Assembly: GCA_030265395.1 (NCBI GenBank) | Contig: JARFYF010000112.1 | Span: forward strand, 68,280,482-68,344,481 | Reading direction: 5' to 3' | Origin: Rhina ancylostomus | Taxonomy: Eukaryota | DNA length: 64,000 nt | In this document: positions 1 to 12,765 of the stretch, piece by piece | How positions within the stretch are numbered: position 1 is the stretch's first letter | Layout: each line of letters opens with the position of its first letter | The notes under the pieces: generated by a model | What the model was told of the DNA's origin: nothing | The model's database searches: none | What the model saw: the letters and a program-made list of their open reading frames with translations, nothing else | Program-made: the position numbers and the translations under genes

Positions 1-879
1 CCCTGGACACCAGATTTTCATTTTTATACTGTCTCTCTTGAAGTCTTGGGGTTATCTCTTCTAACTTTCCTTTTCTGGATTGTCTCCAAACTTCTCAGTT
101 TTGTGTTCTGAGGCCAGGTAGCTCCCATAGCATCTATGGCAAGGTCTCCAACCTTTTGCATCCACATGACTTACAGCCATCTCAACTTGTGCACTCACAC
201 AACCTGATGGTTTCCTCTGAACTCACTTGGTGTCCACATGATGCTGCAGAAAAGATCTCACTGCCATTCCCATCACTGTGGACTTGTTCCCTACTGCACC
301 TCGAAATCTTGCCCTGAGTGAAACTTTCTCAGATTCTTAAACTTTATTTCCAGACTGATGGCTATTCTACATGCTTCCATGAATGCTAAGTCCTCTATAT
401 TAATTAGTTTCACCTGAATTCTCTCATTTACCATTTGGCACACTAATTGATCCTATAATGCCCAATCCATAAAGGGCTAGAAATTCCATTTTTTGTCATT
501 GTCTTCAGTCTGCCCAGATATTCATCAATTGTTTTGCCTGGTCTCTGCTTGCACATGTCAAACTTGTCGCTCTCAAAAATTCTGACATCAATTTAAAATG
601 TCTCTGCAAGGTTTTTGTTATGGGATGCATGAGAAGACTTACCATCAAATCTATGGTCCTACAAACAACAACAATAATTGCAATCCTACTCCAGTGTATA
701 GCTGTATTTCTCTGTTCAGCACCCTTTCCCAGGACACCAATGCTTGCATGTCAGCATTCAGGATGCAGGGCAATAGCTGAGGCCACTTGTATTTCTGAAG
801 CTCATGGGCCTGCCTGCCATTGACACACTGTATGAAGGGCTACAACACATGAATATACTCATGTTGAATAGCAAAAACA

Positions 880-2760
880 ACATACAATAGTTATGCAACC
901 TCACAAGCAACGAATCATATTAAAATTCTGCAATGCTCCTACATCTAACGGTGGATGGCTATAGACAATTATACAATCAACAGGAGGAAGGTTCCAAGAA
1001 CATCCCTATCCTTAACAATTACAGGATCCAGTACTTAAGTGATAAAGACAAGGTTGAAGTATTCAAAAACATCTTCAGCCAGAAGTGCTGAGTGGACGAT
1101 CCATCTGGGCTTCATATTAGAGATCTCCACCATCATAGAAGCCAATGCAATTTATTTCACATGATATCAAGAAATGGTTGAGAGCTCTTGACACAACAAA
1201 GGATATGAGACCAGACAACATCTCAGCTATAATATTGAAGACCTGAGCTCCAGATGTAGCTGGACATCTGGCCAAGATGTTCCAGTACATTTACAACACT
1301 GACATTTACCCAGCTGTGTGGAAAGTTGCTTTGGTATATTCTGTTCACAAAAAAAGCATGACAAATCCAATCCCATTAATTATCACTTACTTAGCCGACA
1401 CTCAATCTTTAACAAAGTGTCATTCTGTGTTTTACCTTGTANNNNNNNNNNNNNNNNNNNNNNNNNNNNNNNNNNNNNNNNNNNNNNNNNNNNNNNNNNN
1501 NNNNNNNNNNNNNNNNNNNNNNNNNNNNNNNNNNNNNNNNNAACAAAGTGTCATTCTGTGTTTTACCTTGTACTGTCTTGATGCACTGTGAAATGAATTG
1601 ATCTGTATGAACAGTATGCACGACAAGTTTTTTACTGTACCTCGGTACATGTGACAATATTTATTTTTCCAATATTTCAAGTCCAATGATTGTCCTATCA
1701 TGTGGCGCTTTCTCACAAATAAGCTTTATACTTGTGCCAAGTATGGGTTTGCCAGGAACACTTGACTACAATGATTGGATTTATAACTTGTATAAAGGAA
1801 GATGAATGTGGTTGATGGAAGTCAATCACCCCAGCCCAGGATCTCTCATTGCAGGAGTCCTAGACCAAATTACCTTAAACCACTTCAATGACCTTTCTTC
1901 CATCATAGGATCAGAAGTGGGGATATTCAGTAATGATTGCACAATGTTTAATTCCATTCACAATTCCTTGGCAAATGAAGCTATCCATGTCTGCATATGG
2001 CAAGCCCTAGACAATATGCAGGCATTAGTAGATAAGTGGCAAGAATCATTAACACCACAACATTGCCAGATAATGGCCATCTCCAAACAAGAGAGGTTCA
2101 ACCACCAACCCTTGACATTCCATGGTTTGAACAACATTATCAATATCTTGGGGGTTGGGGTGGGGCATCATTGATCAAAATCACATGTGGACCAGCACAC
2201 ATATGTAAAAAAAGACCTAAAACATTTCTCTCCCCACAGCCTAACCTGCTGAGTATTTCCAGCATTTTCTGTTATTATTTTAGGTTCCTACCACCAGCAT
2301 TTTTTTAAATTTTCAGCCACATAAATATCTTGGCCATAAGAGCAAGTCAGAGGCTAGGTATAATGTTGTGAGCGACTCAACGTCTGACCTAGCAAAGTAC
2401 ATCTGTAATGTACAAGTCAGGGGTCTGATGAGACTATCTCCACATCTGGCTGAGTGCAGTTCTAACAACAGACAAGAAGGTGATACTGTCCAGACAAAAC
2501 AGCCAGTTTGATGGGTATTCCATTCCCCACAATAAGTATTCAGTACCTTCATCACCAGCATGCATTGGCTATGGTGTGTGCCATCTGCAAAATGCAATGC
2601 AGTTACTCAGCTGGGTGACTTAACAGTGTGTCCCAAACTTGCAACCTCTACCATCAAGAACAAGGGCTTCAGACTCATAGGAACACCATCTCTACAGGTT
2701 CCCTTCCAAGCTGCACATTCTTGGGCATTAATTTGAGAGACTAAACCCCAGAACAAAATA
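880..2760 (+). mobile_element. Decayed CR1/L2-group non-LTR retrotransposon (reverse transcriptase remnant) with nested insertions
   Basis: Broken translations IKKWLRALDTTKDMRPDNISAIILKT*APDVAGHLAKMFQYIYNTDIYPAVWKVALV and NDLSSIIGSEVGIFSNDCTMF...DNMQALVDKWQ (degenerate FADD motif) match LINE RT. There are many stops and frameshifts. Confidence 0.8.
1411..1665 (+). mobile_element. 3' tail of the Rex/Babar-like LINE nested in the older LINE (spans a gap)
   Basis: ...tttactgtacctcggtacatgtgacaata is the reverse complement of the 3' end of the element at 55787-57297. Confidence 0.7.
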
Positions 2761-2883
2761 AGTTTGCAGTTTTTGTCAATGATCTGCAATTTTTTATCAG
2801 GTGCAACATAACTAATACAGAGGAAAGTTCTCAACATGACACCCAACCAATATCCCTTAATCCTACATTATTTCTTACTGAAC

Positions 2884-3060
2884 TTGGTAATTGGTAATTG
2901 GTTTATTTTTGCGCATGTACGGAGATAAAATGAAAAGCTTTCCATCTGGACAGATTATTCCAAATATAAGTACATTCAGGTATTACAAAGGGAAAAGCAA
3001 TAACAGAATACAGAATATGGTGTTAACAGTACTTAGAAGTACATTCACAGCATGCTGACT
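2884..3060 (-). mobile_element. 3' tail of the Rex/Babar-like LINE
   Basis: Begins with the (TTGGTAA)n tail, then ...acaaagggaaaagcaataacagaatacagaatat, similar to 55800-55950. Confidence 0.7.
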
Positions 3061-4989
3061 CCAAGTGAAGTGGTACTTGACCTTCAAGGCAGGATAGTCA
3101 TTTTTTAAACCACTGATTATTGCACATGGATTTTGGAGGTAATTGGAGACCATACAATCAAAAAGCAAGATTCTATAATCCATTTTAGTACAGAAAATGT
3201 CAAGCTTTCATGTTATCCTTTCCATTACCTCTTCAAAAACATATTGTTAAAATATTCATCTTTTGAACATTTCGCAGGCATAGAGAGCTACAAAGACTGC
3301 TCTCTGATGGATCAAAATCTACCAGGCAGGTTTCAGCCTTTTCCAAGCTTCTAGAATAGTAAACTAAAAAAGCTGAGGTCCAAATCTGCTGGAGTCAGTT
3401 TAATACATGGAATTAATAGGAGGTTTTCAGGCCGGACCAAAGAAGCTTATGGACCACTTTGGCCCACAGGCTTTGTTTTTAACATTTTTGGCATTTGTGA
3501 CTGTATCTAATATTGACAGACAACAAAAAGGGCTTTTCTGACAAACACATAATAATGGCAAATGTGCGTGTGATACTGATTACCAGCTTTGGCAGCAGGA
3601 AGACTAAACTTTTCTTTTCAAATAGCTTGTATTGAGAACTCAGCTGATTAACATAATATAGCCTTGCAATAGTGATTTTGTATAATTTGGGTTTGAGATA
3701 ATGCCAAGTGAAGGGATCGTGTTGGATGTGAATGAGAGTTGGTCAAAAGTATAGTCTAGCTCTCATTCCTCTTTTAACTGTCAGTCTCAGTAAAATTTTC
3801 TAGTTTGTCTCCTGCAAAGCCTCCCGTAAAACATAAGAGATGTGGAGAAGAAAAGATCATTCAACCCATTGAAGCTTTTGCTCTCCCACATTAACTTTAT
3901 CATCACAGCATCTAATTGTAATTTGAATAAGTCCAAAGGTTTATTAATTCTATATTCTTTTCTTTTGAACATTATTCTTATGCTTTTATTACTCTTCATG
4001 TTAAAATGCATTTTTAGTTCTGGAACTTGCTACAAAATTCTGTTCCTTTATTTCGGTTTACATCATTTGTCTGACTCTTTTGGTGCATTTAATGTGATAA
4101 CTTTGATTTACCTTAGTTATAATAAAGTTATAATATAAATCTGACAGGATATTCTTGATCTAAATGCTAGTCCTGCAGCTAATCAAAGTGATACAGCATA
4201 TATACATAAATGCCAAGCCATAGGATTGATTAATCTAGTTTTTTAATTGCCAAATAATACATAAAAGGCAAGTTAGATCATGTTAGCAATTATTTCTGGG
4301 TGAAATTGGGTGAAGTTGGACTGGGCACTTACTTGCACAATTTACATCAAATCAACTTATATTTTTCCAATATCAAATGCACATCACCCATTCCTAATTA
4401 TTACAACAAAGGCTGTACCTTTGAGCTTCAATTTATGATTAGAATCAAAAAAGCACACAATTCTGACTTTCCCATTAGTGGGTCTCCATTCTGACCGACG
4501 TATCGATCCATATATCTGCTTGACTCGTATCCCATTGGTCAAAATATCCTTATTTTTCTTTTCTCTATCATTATTTGCAGCCTTTTAATCTTATGCACAT
4601 CATTGCATCATGGTACGATTTCAGCCTCAGTGGTCACTCCTGAGGTTATTCACAGCACAGGACAATGTGGCAATGAAATATGTGTGGTTGGTCACGCACT
4701 GACTACTGCCATGTCCCTCATCCCTGCACTTTTGCTCACCTTAATGGCAGCTTGCCTNNNNNNNNNNNNNNNNNNNNNNNNNNNNNNNNNNNNNNNNNNN
4801 NNNNNNNNNNNNNNNNNNNNNNNNNNNNNNNNNNNNNNNNNNNNNNNNNNNNNNNNNCTTTTGCTCACCTTACTGGCAGCTTGCCTGTGGTTTCTGTGGG
4901 AATGGGTCAAAAGAATGTAAAAAATAGAAGCAGGAAAATACAATCCACCACTGGTGTTTTGTCTGCCATTTAAGGAATCATAGCTGAAG

Positions 4990-6430
4990 CCAGCAGTAAA
5001 CTGGTATCCCCTGATTCCCTTGATAACTAAAAAATTATCAGTGTCTGTCTTAAATATATGTGATGATGAGCCTTCCCAGCACTCTTGGGTAGAGAATTTC
5101 AAAATGTCATTATTCTCTGGGTAAAGAAATTTCTCCTCAAATCTGTCCTGATTGTCTAAGATCTTATTTTGAGACAGTTACCTCTGATTCTAGACACTGT
5201 AGTGTTCTGAAAGAATATTAATTTCCTTTGTGTTTGTACCTTAAGTTCTTGTAGTAAAGTCTCTCCCTACCCTTCTGCTTCCTCCAATGTTTAGAACCTG
5301 AGCACTGCTTTATTCATGGAACCACCAATGTGTCCATGTTTCACTAAATTCAAACCAGATGATAGACTTCAACTTCCATGGATTCATGGAATCATTGAAA
5401 TTTACTGCATGAAAGTAGACTATTCTGTATATCACACCCTAGCCAAAAATGGAAATACTTGCATTACTCCTATTTCCCAGCTCTCAGTCTGTGGTCTTGT
5501 AGGCTATGTCTCATCCAGATTCTTTCTAAATGTGATGAAGGTTTTTGTTTCCACAACTTTTCAGTCAGTGAGTTCCAGACCCTCACTACACTTTGGGATT
5601 TTTTTTTCTCTCAGTTCCCTTGTAAACCTTCTAATTAAAATAAATCTATGTGCCCTTGTTAGTTTGCCAAGGGAAACAGAACCCTCTTGTTCACCCTATT
5701 CTCTACTTTTGTACAATCCAATTAAAACTCTCCTCGGTCACTTTTGATCCAAAGAAAATAACCCCAGCTGAGTCAATCTCTGCACCTAACCATTATTCTC
5801 TGGACTGGACAACATCCTTACAAATTTCCTCTACACCCCTTTTAGATATGGACTGTCTAATTTTTTTATATATTTATTCCAGTATGACCTCTTTGTTTTT
5901 ATATACCATGCAACTAACCCACTACCAGGTCCCACTACTTTTAAGGGTCCATGTGCATATACTGTTATTCCTGTCTTCCTCTACATTTCTTAGTATACTA
6001 CCATTTATTGTATATTCCTTTTGAGGTTTGTTAGCACAAATACATTACCTCACACTCACTAGATTTAATTCTGTTTTCCACTTTTTGTCCACCGAATCAA
6101 TTCATTGATATCTTTTTCCAAACTTTAACTTTACTCTTGATTATTTTGTTATTATTGGCAAACCTCTTAATTATGAGCCCTACATCTATGTGCAGTCATT
6201 AATATATATCATGAAAAGCAAAGAGCCTAGTACTGAGTCCTGCAAATTGCCATTGCTCACAACCCTCCAATAACTAAAATTCTCGTTGTCCATCCCCTAT
6301 TACCGTTTATTTTCTCCCCCCAATCCAACTTTATTTTGGATGCTTTGGACTTCTACTTTCCTGATCAATCTGCCTTGTGGGACTTTATCAAATGCCTTGC
6401 TGAAATCCATGGCGATAATGTTAAACTAGA
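4990..6430 (-). mobile_element. Old CR1-like LINE fragments
   Basis: Reverse-strand similarity to the CR1 copies at 51780-53420 and 59100-61230, e.g. gaaatttctcctc and actttatcaaatgccttgctgaaatccat (DFSKAFDKV motif on the minus strand). Confidence 0.6.
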
Positions 6431-6619
6431 CTTTTATACTCTCACTACCATACAAGGGTCCACTAATAGCACCTCCCAGGACTGCAAACACTAACATCAC
6501 AAAGGATGAAGGCACCAGGCACATGGTTTCTCTCCAGTTAAAACATCATCTTGATGTGAAAATATAATGTCATTCTTTTATCACTATGAGATCTGAATCC
6601 TGGAATTCTGTAACTTGCC

Positions 6620-7310
6620 CTTTTCCACTGCCGTGGTGAGGCAAGATGCAAACCAGAAGAATGACACTTGATATTCCACTTGGGTACCCTACAACCCAAT
6701 GGTGTTAAGATTGAATTTTCCAGTTTCAGGTAACCCACACCCCCTGTGTTCCTTTCCCACTCCTACTGGTTCACCCAGGTTCATTTTCCCTTTGTTAACC
6801 TTTTCATTTCTTCCCTTCTCCCCCTTACTGAGAGTCCTTACTCTCCCCCACCTGAGCACACATACACNNNNNNNNNNTTTCTTCCCCCTTGTTGTACCCT
6901 TACTAGACCATCTCCCATCTGATTCCATTTATCACCTCCCCCATCTGGTTCCACTTATCACTGTCCAGGATCTCTCTTCCCCTCCCCTCACTTGGCTCTA
7001 TCTGTCCAGTTCTTTTTCTTTATTTGTTTCCATCTATCTCCCACCAGCCTTTTCTCAAAGCTCCCCCTATGCATCCTCCACCAGGCTCCATCTGCCCATC
7101 ATCTCCCACATCACCTAGTTCCACCCATCACCCCTCCCTCTCACCTCTTTATACTGGATATCTTCCCTCAACATTCTCAGTCTGATGCAGGGTCTTGACC
7201 CAAAATGTCAACCATTCCTTTGCCTCCAGAGATGCTACTTGACTCACTAAGTTCCTCAAGCAGTTTGTTTTTTTTTCTGTCCAGATTCCAGGATCTGCAG
7301 TCTCTAGTCT
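6620..7310 (+). mobile_element. Penelope-like element 3' end: endonuclease C-terminus, CT-rich spacer and pLTR with a degenerate hammerhead motif
   Basis: 6626-6733 translates HCRGEARCKPEE*HLIFHLGTLQPNGVKIEFSSFR*, resembling the C-terminus of the PLE GIY-YIG domain (E..LI..L.TL.P.G.N). 7178-7215 reads CAGT-CTGATGC-A-GGGTC-TT-GACCC-AAAAT-GTC-AACCA. Confidence 0.75.
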
Positions 7311-8869
7311 CTCCAAATAATTGCTGTATCCTTTTGGTCCTTGTTGCTTCATTAATCATCATTCAGATAAGATTCTCCTTTAATAAACTGTGCTAGATAA
7401 ACACTGCTAATTTGAACTATACCTCAGAATTTTTTCCAACAATTTTCTCACTATCAATGTTAAACAATTGGACCTCTAGTTACTTGGTCCATCCCCTTCA
7501 TTTTTTGTTAAACAAGTGTGTGATATTAGCAGTCTTTCAAACCTTCAAACCAACTCTGCAGCCAAAGAGGATTGGAAAATGGTTGGAAAATGATCTTCCA
7601 CTGTTATTTCTTTTGAGACCTGGGGTACATTTTCTCCAGGCCATGTGATTTACCACATTTATGAATGATGGACTGGTGTATTCTCCCTGTTTATCACTTC
7701 CTATACTTAATATGCTTTTTCTTTAATTTCAGCTTCTGTATAATACCCATTTTCTGTGAAGGCAGACCCTAGAACTCTACACATGAATGTTGTCTCCATA
7801 CATGGACCATTCCAATAGATCTTCATCTTCCCTTTATTATCCTCTTTTCAATCAAGTATTTATATATAAAAAAAGCATTTTAATGGTTTTCTTTTTTTAA
7901 TCAGCCAAAATTTGTTTGATTCACCCATTAATCTTTGGATGTTCCCTTCTAGTTTCACTCCCTGCACCAAAAATACTCCTCCAGCTTATCTACAGTGTTA
8001 TGTTTCTGGTATTTGGCATAAGCATTTTTGTTGCCTTTTTCTTCCGTGTATGTTCTATGGCACCCATGGAAATGCATTGTTATCAGTGCAATACGATGAT
8101 GAATTATTACTCTTTTATTAACTCTAAGAATCCATTTAAAAGTTATTGTTTCAAAAATAGCATGGTTTGGCATGTTCTGGGCATGTCCAGTTTTGCTATC
8201 TATAATAAAGAAAAATTATTTATTGATTTGAAACAGTTTTGTAATCATGTAACAGGTCTGAAAGAAGAGAAATTGATTTAGGAGAACAACAAAACAAGGC
8301 AAAACTTTGATTATAATGTCGTATGGCCAGTGGGTCCAATGACTGTGTTCTGCGGCAATTGGCAGACATTGCAAATATAGATGAGAGCAAAAGGAATGTC
8401 TGAGACAAAGCAAAGGGAATGTTAAGCAACAGAGCACAATATCAGGGTGGTAAAGGTGATGTTCAACAAGAAGCAATAGATGTTAGGGTGTGGTTCTGAA
8501 GCTCTTGCTGGCAACCAACATGGCCTCACTCTGAGCCATGTAAAATATTAAGCTGTAGCCACTTCCCTGTTCCCAAAGCTTCCAGTCACTTATTTAAAAT
8601 ATTCCTGCCCACACCTGTTTCTAAACCAAAGTCTCCAATACACCCTGAGCACAACCCTGCTTTATTGATTCCCATTCTCAAACTGTCTCCTAATCCAATA
8701 AATCTAAAGTACTCTTGGTTCCAGTTTCACCCTCCCCATTCAAATGTGACACAAGTTGATTCTGCAGCCCAAAAATTAATCTTTTAAAAATATTCTTGTA
8801 TCAGCCATTAATTTTAAGAATATTTGCTAATTCTAATTAATTAAGACATTTTATACAACTGATATCATC

Positions 8870-9275
8870 TGCGGGTTAGTTGCAGCCCTCTTGCCTCATT
8901 GTCAGAAGCTGTGTTTTCAGGCTCCACTCCAGGCACTTGCGCACATTTAACCACTGAGAGATTTCTGCATTGTTGGAGGTGCAACATTTCTCATGAGATA
9001 TTAAACAAATACCTCATTTGCCTCTCAAGCAGTTGCAAAACAAAATCCAACAGCACTGTTTGAGGTTAAGGGAATTGTCCCAATATCATGACCAATATTA
9101 CTACACAAAAAAACAGGTGAACTGGCTGATTCCTTCATTTCTGTTTGTGAGACTTTGTTCCCTGCAAAACGGCTGCTGTGCTCTCTGCATTACTGAAGGG
9201 GCCCAGCTTCACATTATTCATTAGATGTGAAGCTCTTTGGCCATGAAGGATGGCACAAAAATGCAAGTTGTTGCT
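8870..9275 (+). mobile_element. Deu-domain SINE (SacSINE1/AmnSINE-like), old copy
   Basis: tRNA-like head, then ctgcattgttggaggtgcaacatttctcatgagatattaaac...gaccaatatt, matching my recollection of the Deu core. The tail ends in aaatgcaagttgttg. A reverse-oriented relative lies at 24550-24880. Confidence 0.65.
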
Positions 9276-12239
9276 ATTGACAGTTGTTTAAAGTGTGAGC
9301 ATCCTGCCCTTTGGTTTCTGGCTCTTTCAGTGAGGACCATGCCACCGCTGCTTTCAGTTCTCCCCCATTCCAACAGCTTTAACTAGGGCCTAAAAATGGT
9401 CTATGTTTGCTAGCCTTAAATACACACTGGAATTTTAGTGCCCCCCCCTTCCAGTTCTATTCACTTCAAAGGAAGGGAATATTAGAAGATGGGTATAAAG
9501 GACAGTTGATGGTGACCAATATCAAATTTCTACCCCTAGCAGTTTGTCACTTGAGTAGTTAGATTGTGACACCTATGTCTCCCAGATTGTAAGGAATTCC
9601 TTTCCTATATCAATCTGCAATACCACCCTTGATTCACCTTTTGTTTCTCTTGGTAATTACTGTGCTTCACAAAAGGTTGCTCAGAAATGGCTGCCAAGTC
9701 CAACAGCTGAAGAAAGAAGTGGGTTTTCCTTCTGAACAACAGTTTAAAAATAATTGGAATCATCTTTTTTTTGTAATTATTACATTCATAGCTGAGCTAA
9801 GCAAATAAAGCAGCCTGGGAAGCTGTAACAGGCTCAATCTTCCTCACAGCAGGTAGTTAAAAGTTCAGGTACTAATGAGTAAATGATAAAAACTAAAACA
9901 ATACTTCAAAAATAAAAGAATGGAACAGATTTTGGTTTTACTTAAGTTTGATTTTCACAAAATTGCATGCTGTACATTGGTTTACTGAATGACCATGTCA
10001 AAAATAAATGATGCGAAGATTAGCACCATAAAAGTGCTTGACACAAAGGAAGTTATCTGTTTGACAGATGTCATTTGTTGAGTTGCAAATTCCAATCATG
10101 GTTGGATCAACATGGGGTGGAAGGGAAAATGAAAGGGGAGTCACCCTTGGTATGATGCTGCATGTTCTGGTGTCTGGTTACATAGAAGATTAGCAAAGCC
10201 TGATGTGTGCCATGGGGAGAGGGAAGAGAGGGGGAAGGTAAAAGTCAACAACTGTGTTGGAAAAATAAAGCTGTTCAATGAAGTGGCCTTTAGAGCCCAT
10301 TTTCTAAAATCTGTTACTGAAGATGAGGCGTGGTGTTCACACTCCAGTAAACTGCCTATTTTTAATCTGGAAGACCTGTGTTCAAATCGTGGTGTTGAGT
10401 AGCATTTGCTATTAGATTTGCTGAAGAGAACCAGCTTGACTGATCTCAGCATGATGTCTCCACAAGCCTAAACCAGTGAGCAAGAGGCAGAGAGAGAGAT
10501 AGAGAGAGTTCTGTCCTGCACCATTCAAAATGCTTCCTGGTTAGCTGTTCTGACAGGAGTGAAAATAATCACAGGCAAAATCTTTACTATCAAATATAAA
10601 AATGTTAAAATTTTATATCAGTACAGATCCTTTCCTTGAAGATTTTGAAGGTAAACCCAGCGAAGTTCTTGAAGATATTAAAAGACCAAGTTACTGTTAA
10701 TTCTGCTTGGTAATCTCAGTAATAAATATCAGTGTTTATTAATTTAAGAGCACAGATTTAACAGTTACTGTGTGGAAACCGTCAATATAAAGCCAATGTT
10801 AAGAATTCTAGCCCTGAAATATTAGCTGTTCTTTATTGCTTCTGAAGAGCACAAGGTGCTGCTGATTTTAAGTTAGATACTACAGTACTGGCGAAAATCT
10901 ATTAATGACTTGGGTCGTTTGCATGCTTCTTTTAGAAAAGGCACCATTTCTAATGGTGTGTTGTTTCCTTCGTGCAGAAATTCTGCTGCAGTCCCCAAAG
11001 TCCCCAGGCAGTGGCAGCCACCCAGATTCTAGTGAAAACCCTGCAGTCTAATGTAAAAGCTGTTGCAGAGTTACTTCAGTTAAGGGTGCCTAGGCATCTG
11101 CACTAAGCAGTTCCAATGGATTCAGTGCTGTCAAATGAATATTCGTAGCAGCAGATTCCTGTCACAGTGACATTCTTTTGCTGAACTAAATTTACAAGTT
11201 GAATGGAATTCTTCGTAAATGACCGACGATTCCAGGTTCACACCTATCATGCATTTACCTGTTCTCTTCAATGCAGTATTGCATTCTCCGGTTTATTTCC
11301 ATTTGACGGTTATAATTGCTAAATCAGTGGCGCACTGGTGTTTCCAAGTAGAAAGTAGAGATGTACTGTATTTAAAGTATTTTGTTTGCAAACATTTTCC
11401 GACTTTGTGGAACACGAAGCGTGATAGGAAACTTAAGTAAGGTACAGCACCATACTGAAATTGATTTTATATCAATGTTCGAACAGCACGACTTCATTAA
11501 TTGAATATTCTATAACCTTGCTTAGGTTGTTCCCGTTCACTATAACATGTGGCACAGTTTACTTGAAAGCAAGGCAAACCCTTCTAAACAATAAACGAAT
11601 ATTACTTCAATATATCCAAAGTATTTAATACTTAAATGGGGCTAGAGTAATAAGATTTTCCAAGATAAATTCAGGGTTAAAAAAAAAGACTAAGATTTCT
11701 TCTCAACGAGCGTATGCTTTCTGATGACACTTGAGCTTCCTCTCTCAATTTATTGCTAAGGTGTTGGATTGATATACAATATGTAGCTTAGCAGTGCATA
11801 GAAAAAAAGTGCCCTCCTAAAACCGATTGGCTTCTTAATAATCTCATACATATACTGCTACCTCGGTCTCATTCCTAAAATTAACCCAATTCTAAATGTT
11901 ATGTAAGGACCTGTAACCTCTGCGTTACTGAAAACACAGGAGATATGTAACGCGAATGGACAGATATTAAATCAGGGAGCGGGATAAAAAACCGTCAGTC
12001 ACCATTCACCTTTTTCCTTGTTCTTTTCTTTATTCTGGAGTGTGGCGAAATGCTGTGTATTTACAGTACTTCTGCTCCTGTTTGAAATATCCAGTGTTCA
12101 CAACATTTTTGATAACTTATTTTTCTGAAGGTGGCCTTTCATCTTAGCAGATAAAGGCAGCACGATGTCACATCAATTTTCACCGGAAAGTATCTAGAAA
12201 AACTCCCAAAGAAAATAAAAATTCCAAGATTAAATTTGG

Positions 12240-12698
12240 TGGATAGCAGCTGCGCAGGAAACCAAACAGCACGCAGGTTAATGACTTCCCCACCAAACAT
12301 GCAGGAAATCCGGCACTACGAGGGTTAATGACTTCCACCTCAAACTTGGCAGGATCCCAACCCTCAAAGTGTTTGTTTGACTGTTTCGTTATAATAACCT
12401 TTGGATTGTCATAGAGGACAGGCCGCCAGTTTTACAATTGCACTGTTCACAGTTTGGGGTGGAGCAGAGACAAGCTGGCCCCTCCCGCACGACCTACGGA
12501 GTGCTGAGGTATGAGACGTGAGCCACATGATCAGCTGAGCTCTTATCCATTTAAGACAGAGCAACCCACAAAGACTCCCAGCTACCGAGAACTGAACAGC
12601 CATTCAGCAAGCACTGAAGCACGCACACGCCTCCTTTCGCAGCGACTGACCACACTATAGCAACTGCAAGTTCATACTGAAGATACAGAGGAAAGAAT
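12240..12698 (+). promoter_or_regulatory. APLN proximal promoter and 5' UTR
   Basis: CpG is locally enriched relative to the flanks. Motifs: GC-box-like CCCCTCCCGC (12479-12488), ACGTG (12516-12520), E-boxes CACATG (12524-12529) and CAGCTG (12532-12537), GATA site CTTATC (12542-12547), TATA-like TTTAAGA (12550-12556). A duplicated ETS-containing module lies at 12254-12354. Confidence 0.7.
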
Positions 12699-12765
12699 AT
12701 GAACGTCAAGTTCCACACACTCGTCCTCTTGGTCCTCTTTGTCTCTCTGACCCTTGTATCTGGAG
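12699..12765 (+). CDS. APLN: Apelin precursor, coding exon 1 (signal peptide MNVKFHTLVLLVLFVSLTLVSG + 1 nt)
   Basis: ATG at 12699 starts 22 codons of a typical hydrophobic signal peptide, then GGAG|gtaatt donor (phase 1). The 22-aa length matches the human APLN signal peptide (MNLRLCVQALLLLWLSLTAVCG). It splices in frame to the exon at 23509. There is no upstream ATG in the ~120 nt before it. Confidence 0.93.

Noticed and set aside
1411-1571. Identical ~20-30-bp sequences on both sides of N gaps (1411/1541, 4728/4858, 54585/54704, 63155/63463)
   Set aside because: Each pair directly flanks a gap. This is typical of unmerged contig overlaps, not real tandem duplications.
12254-12354. CRISPR-like repeat-spacer array
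   Set aside because: Only two full units with related spacers, in a vertebrate promoter, with no cas genes.
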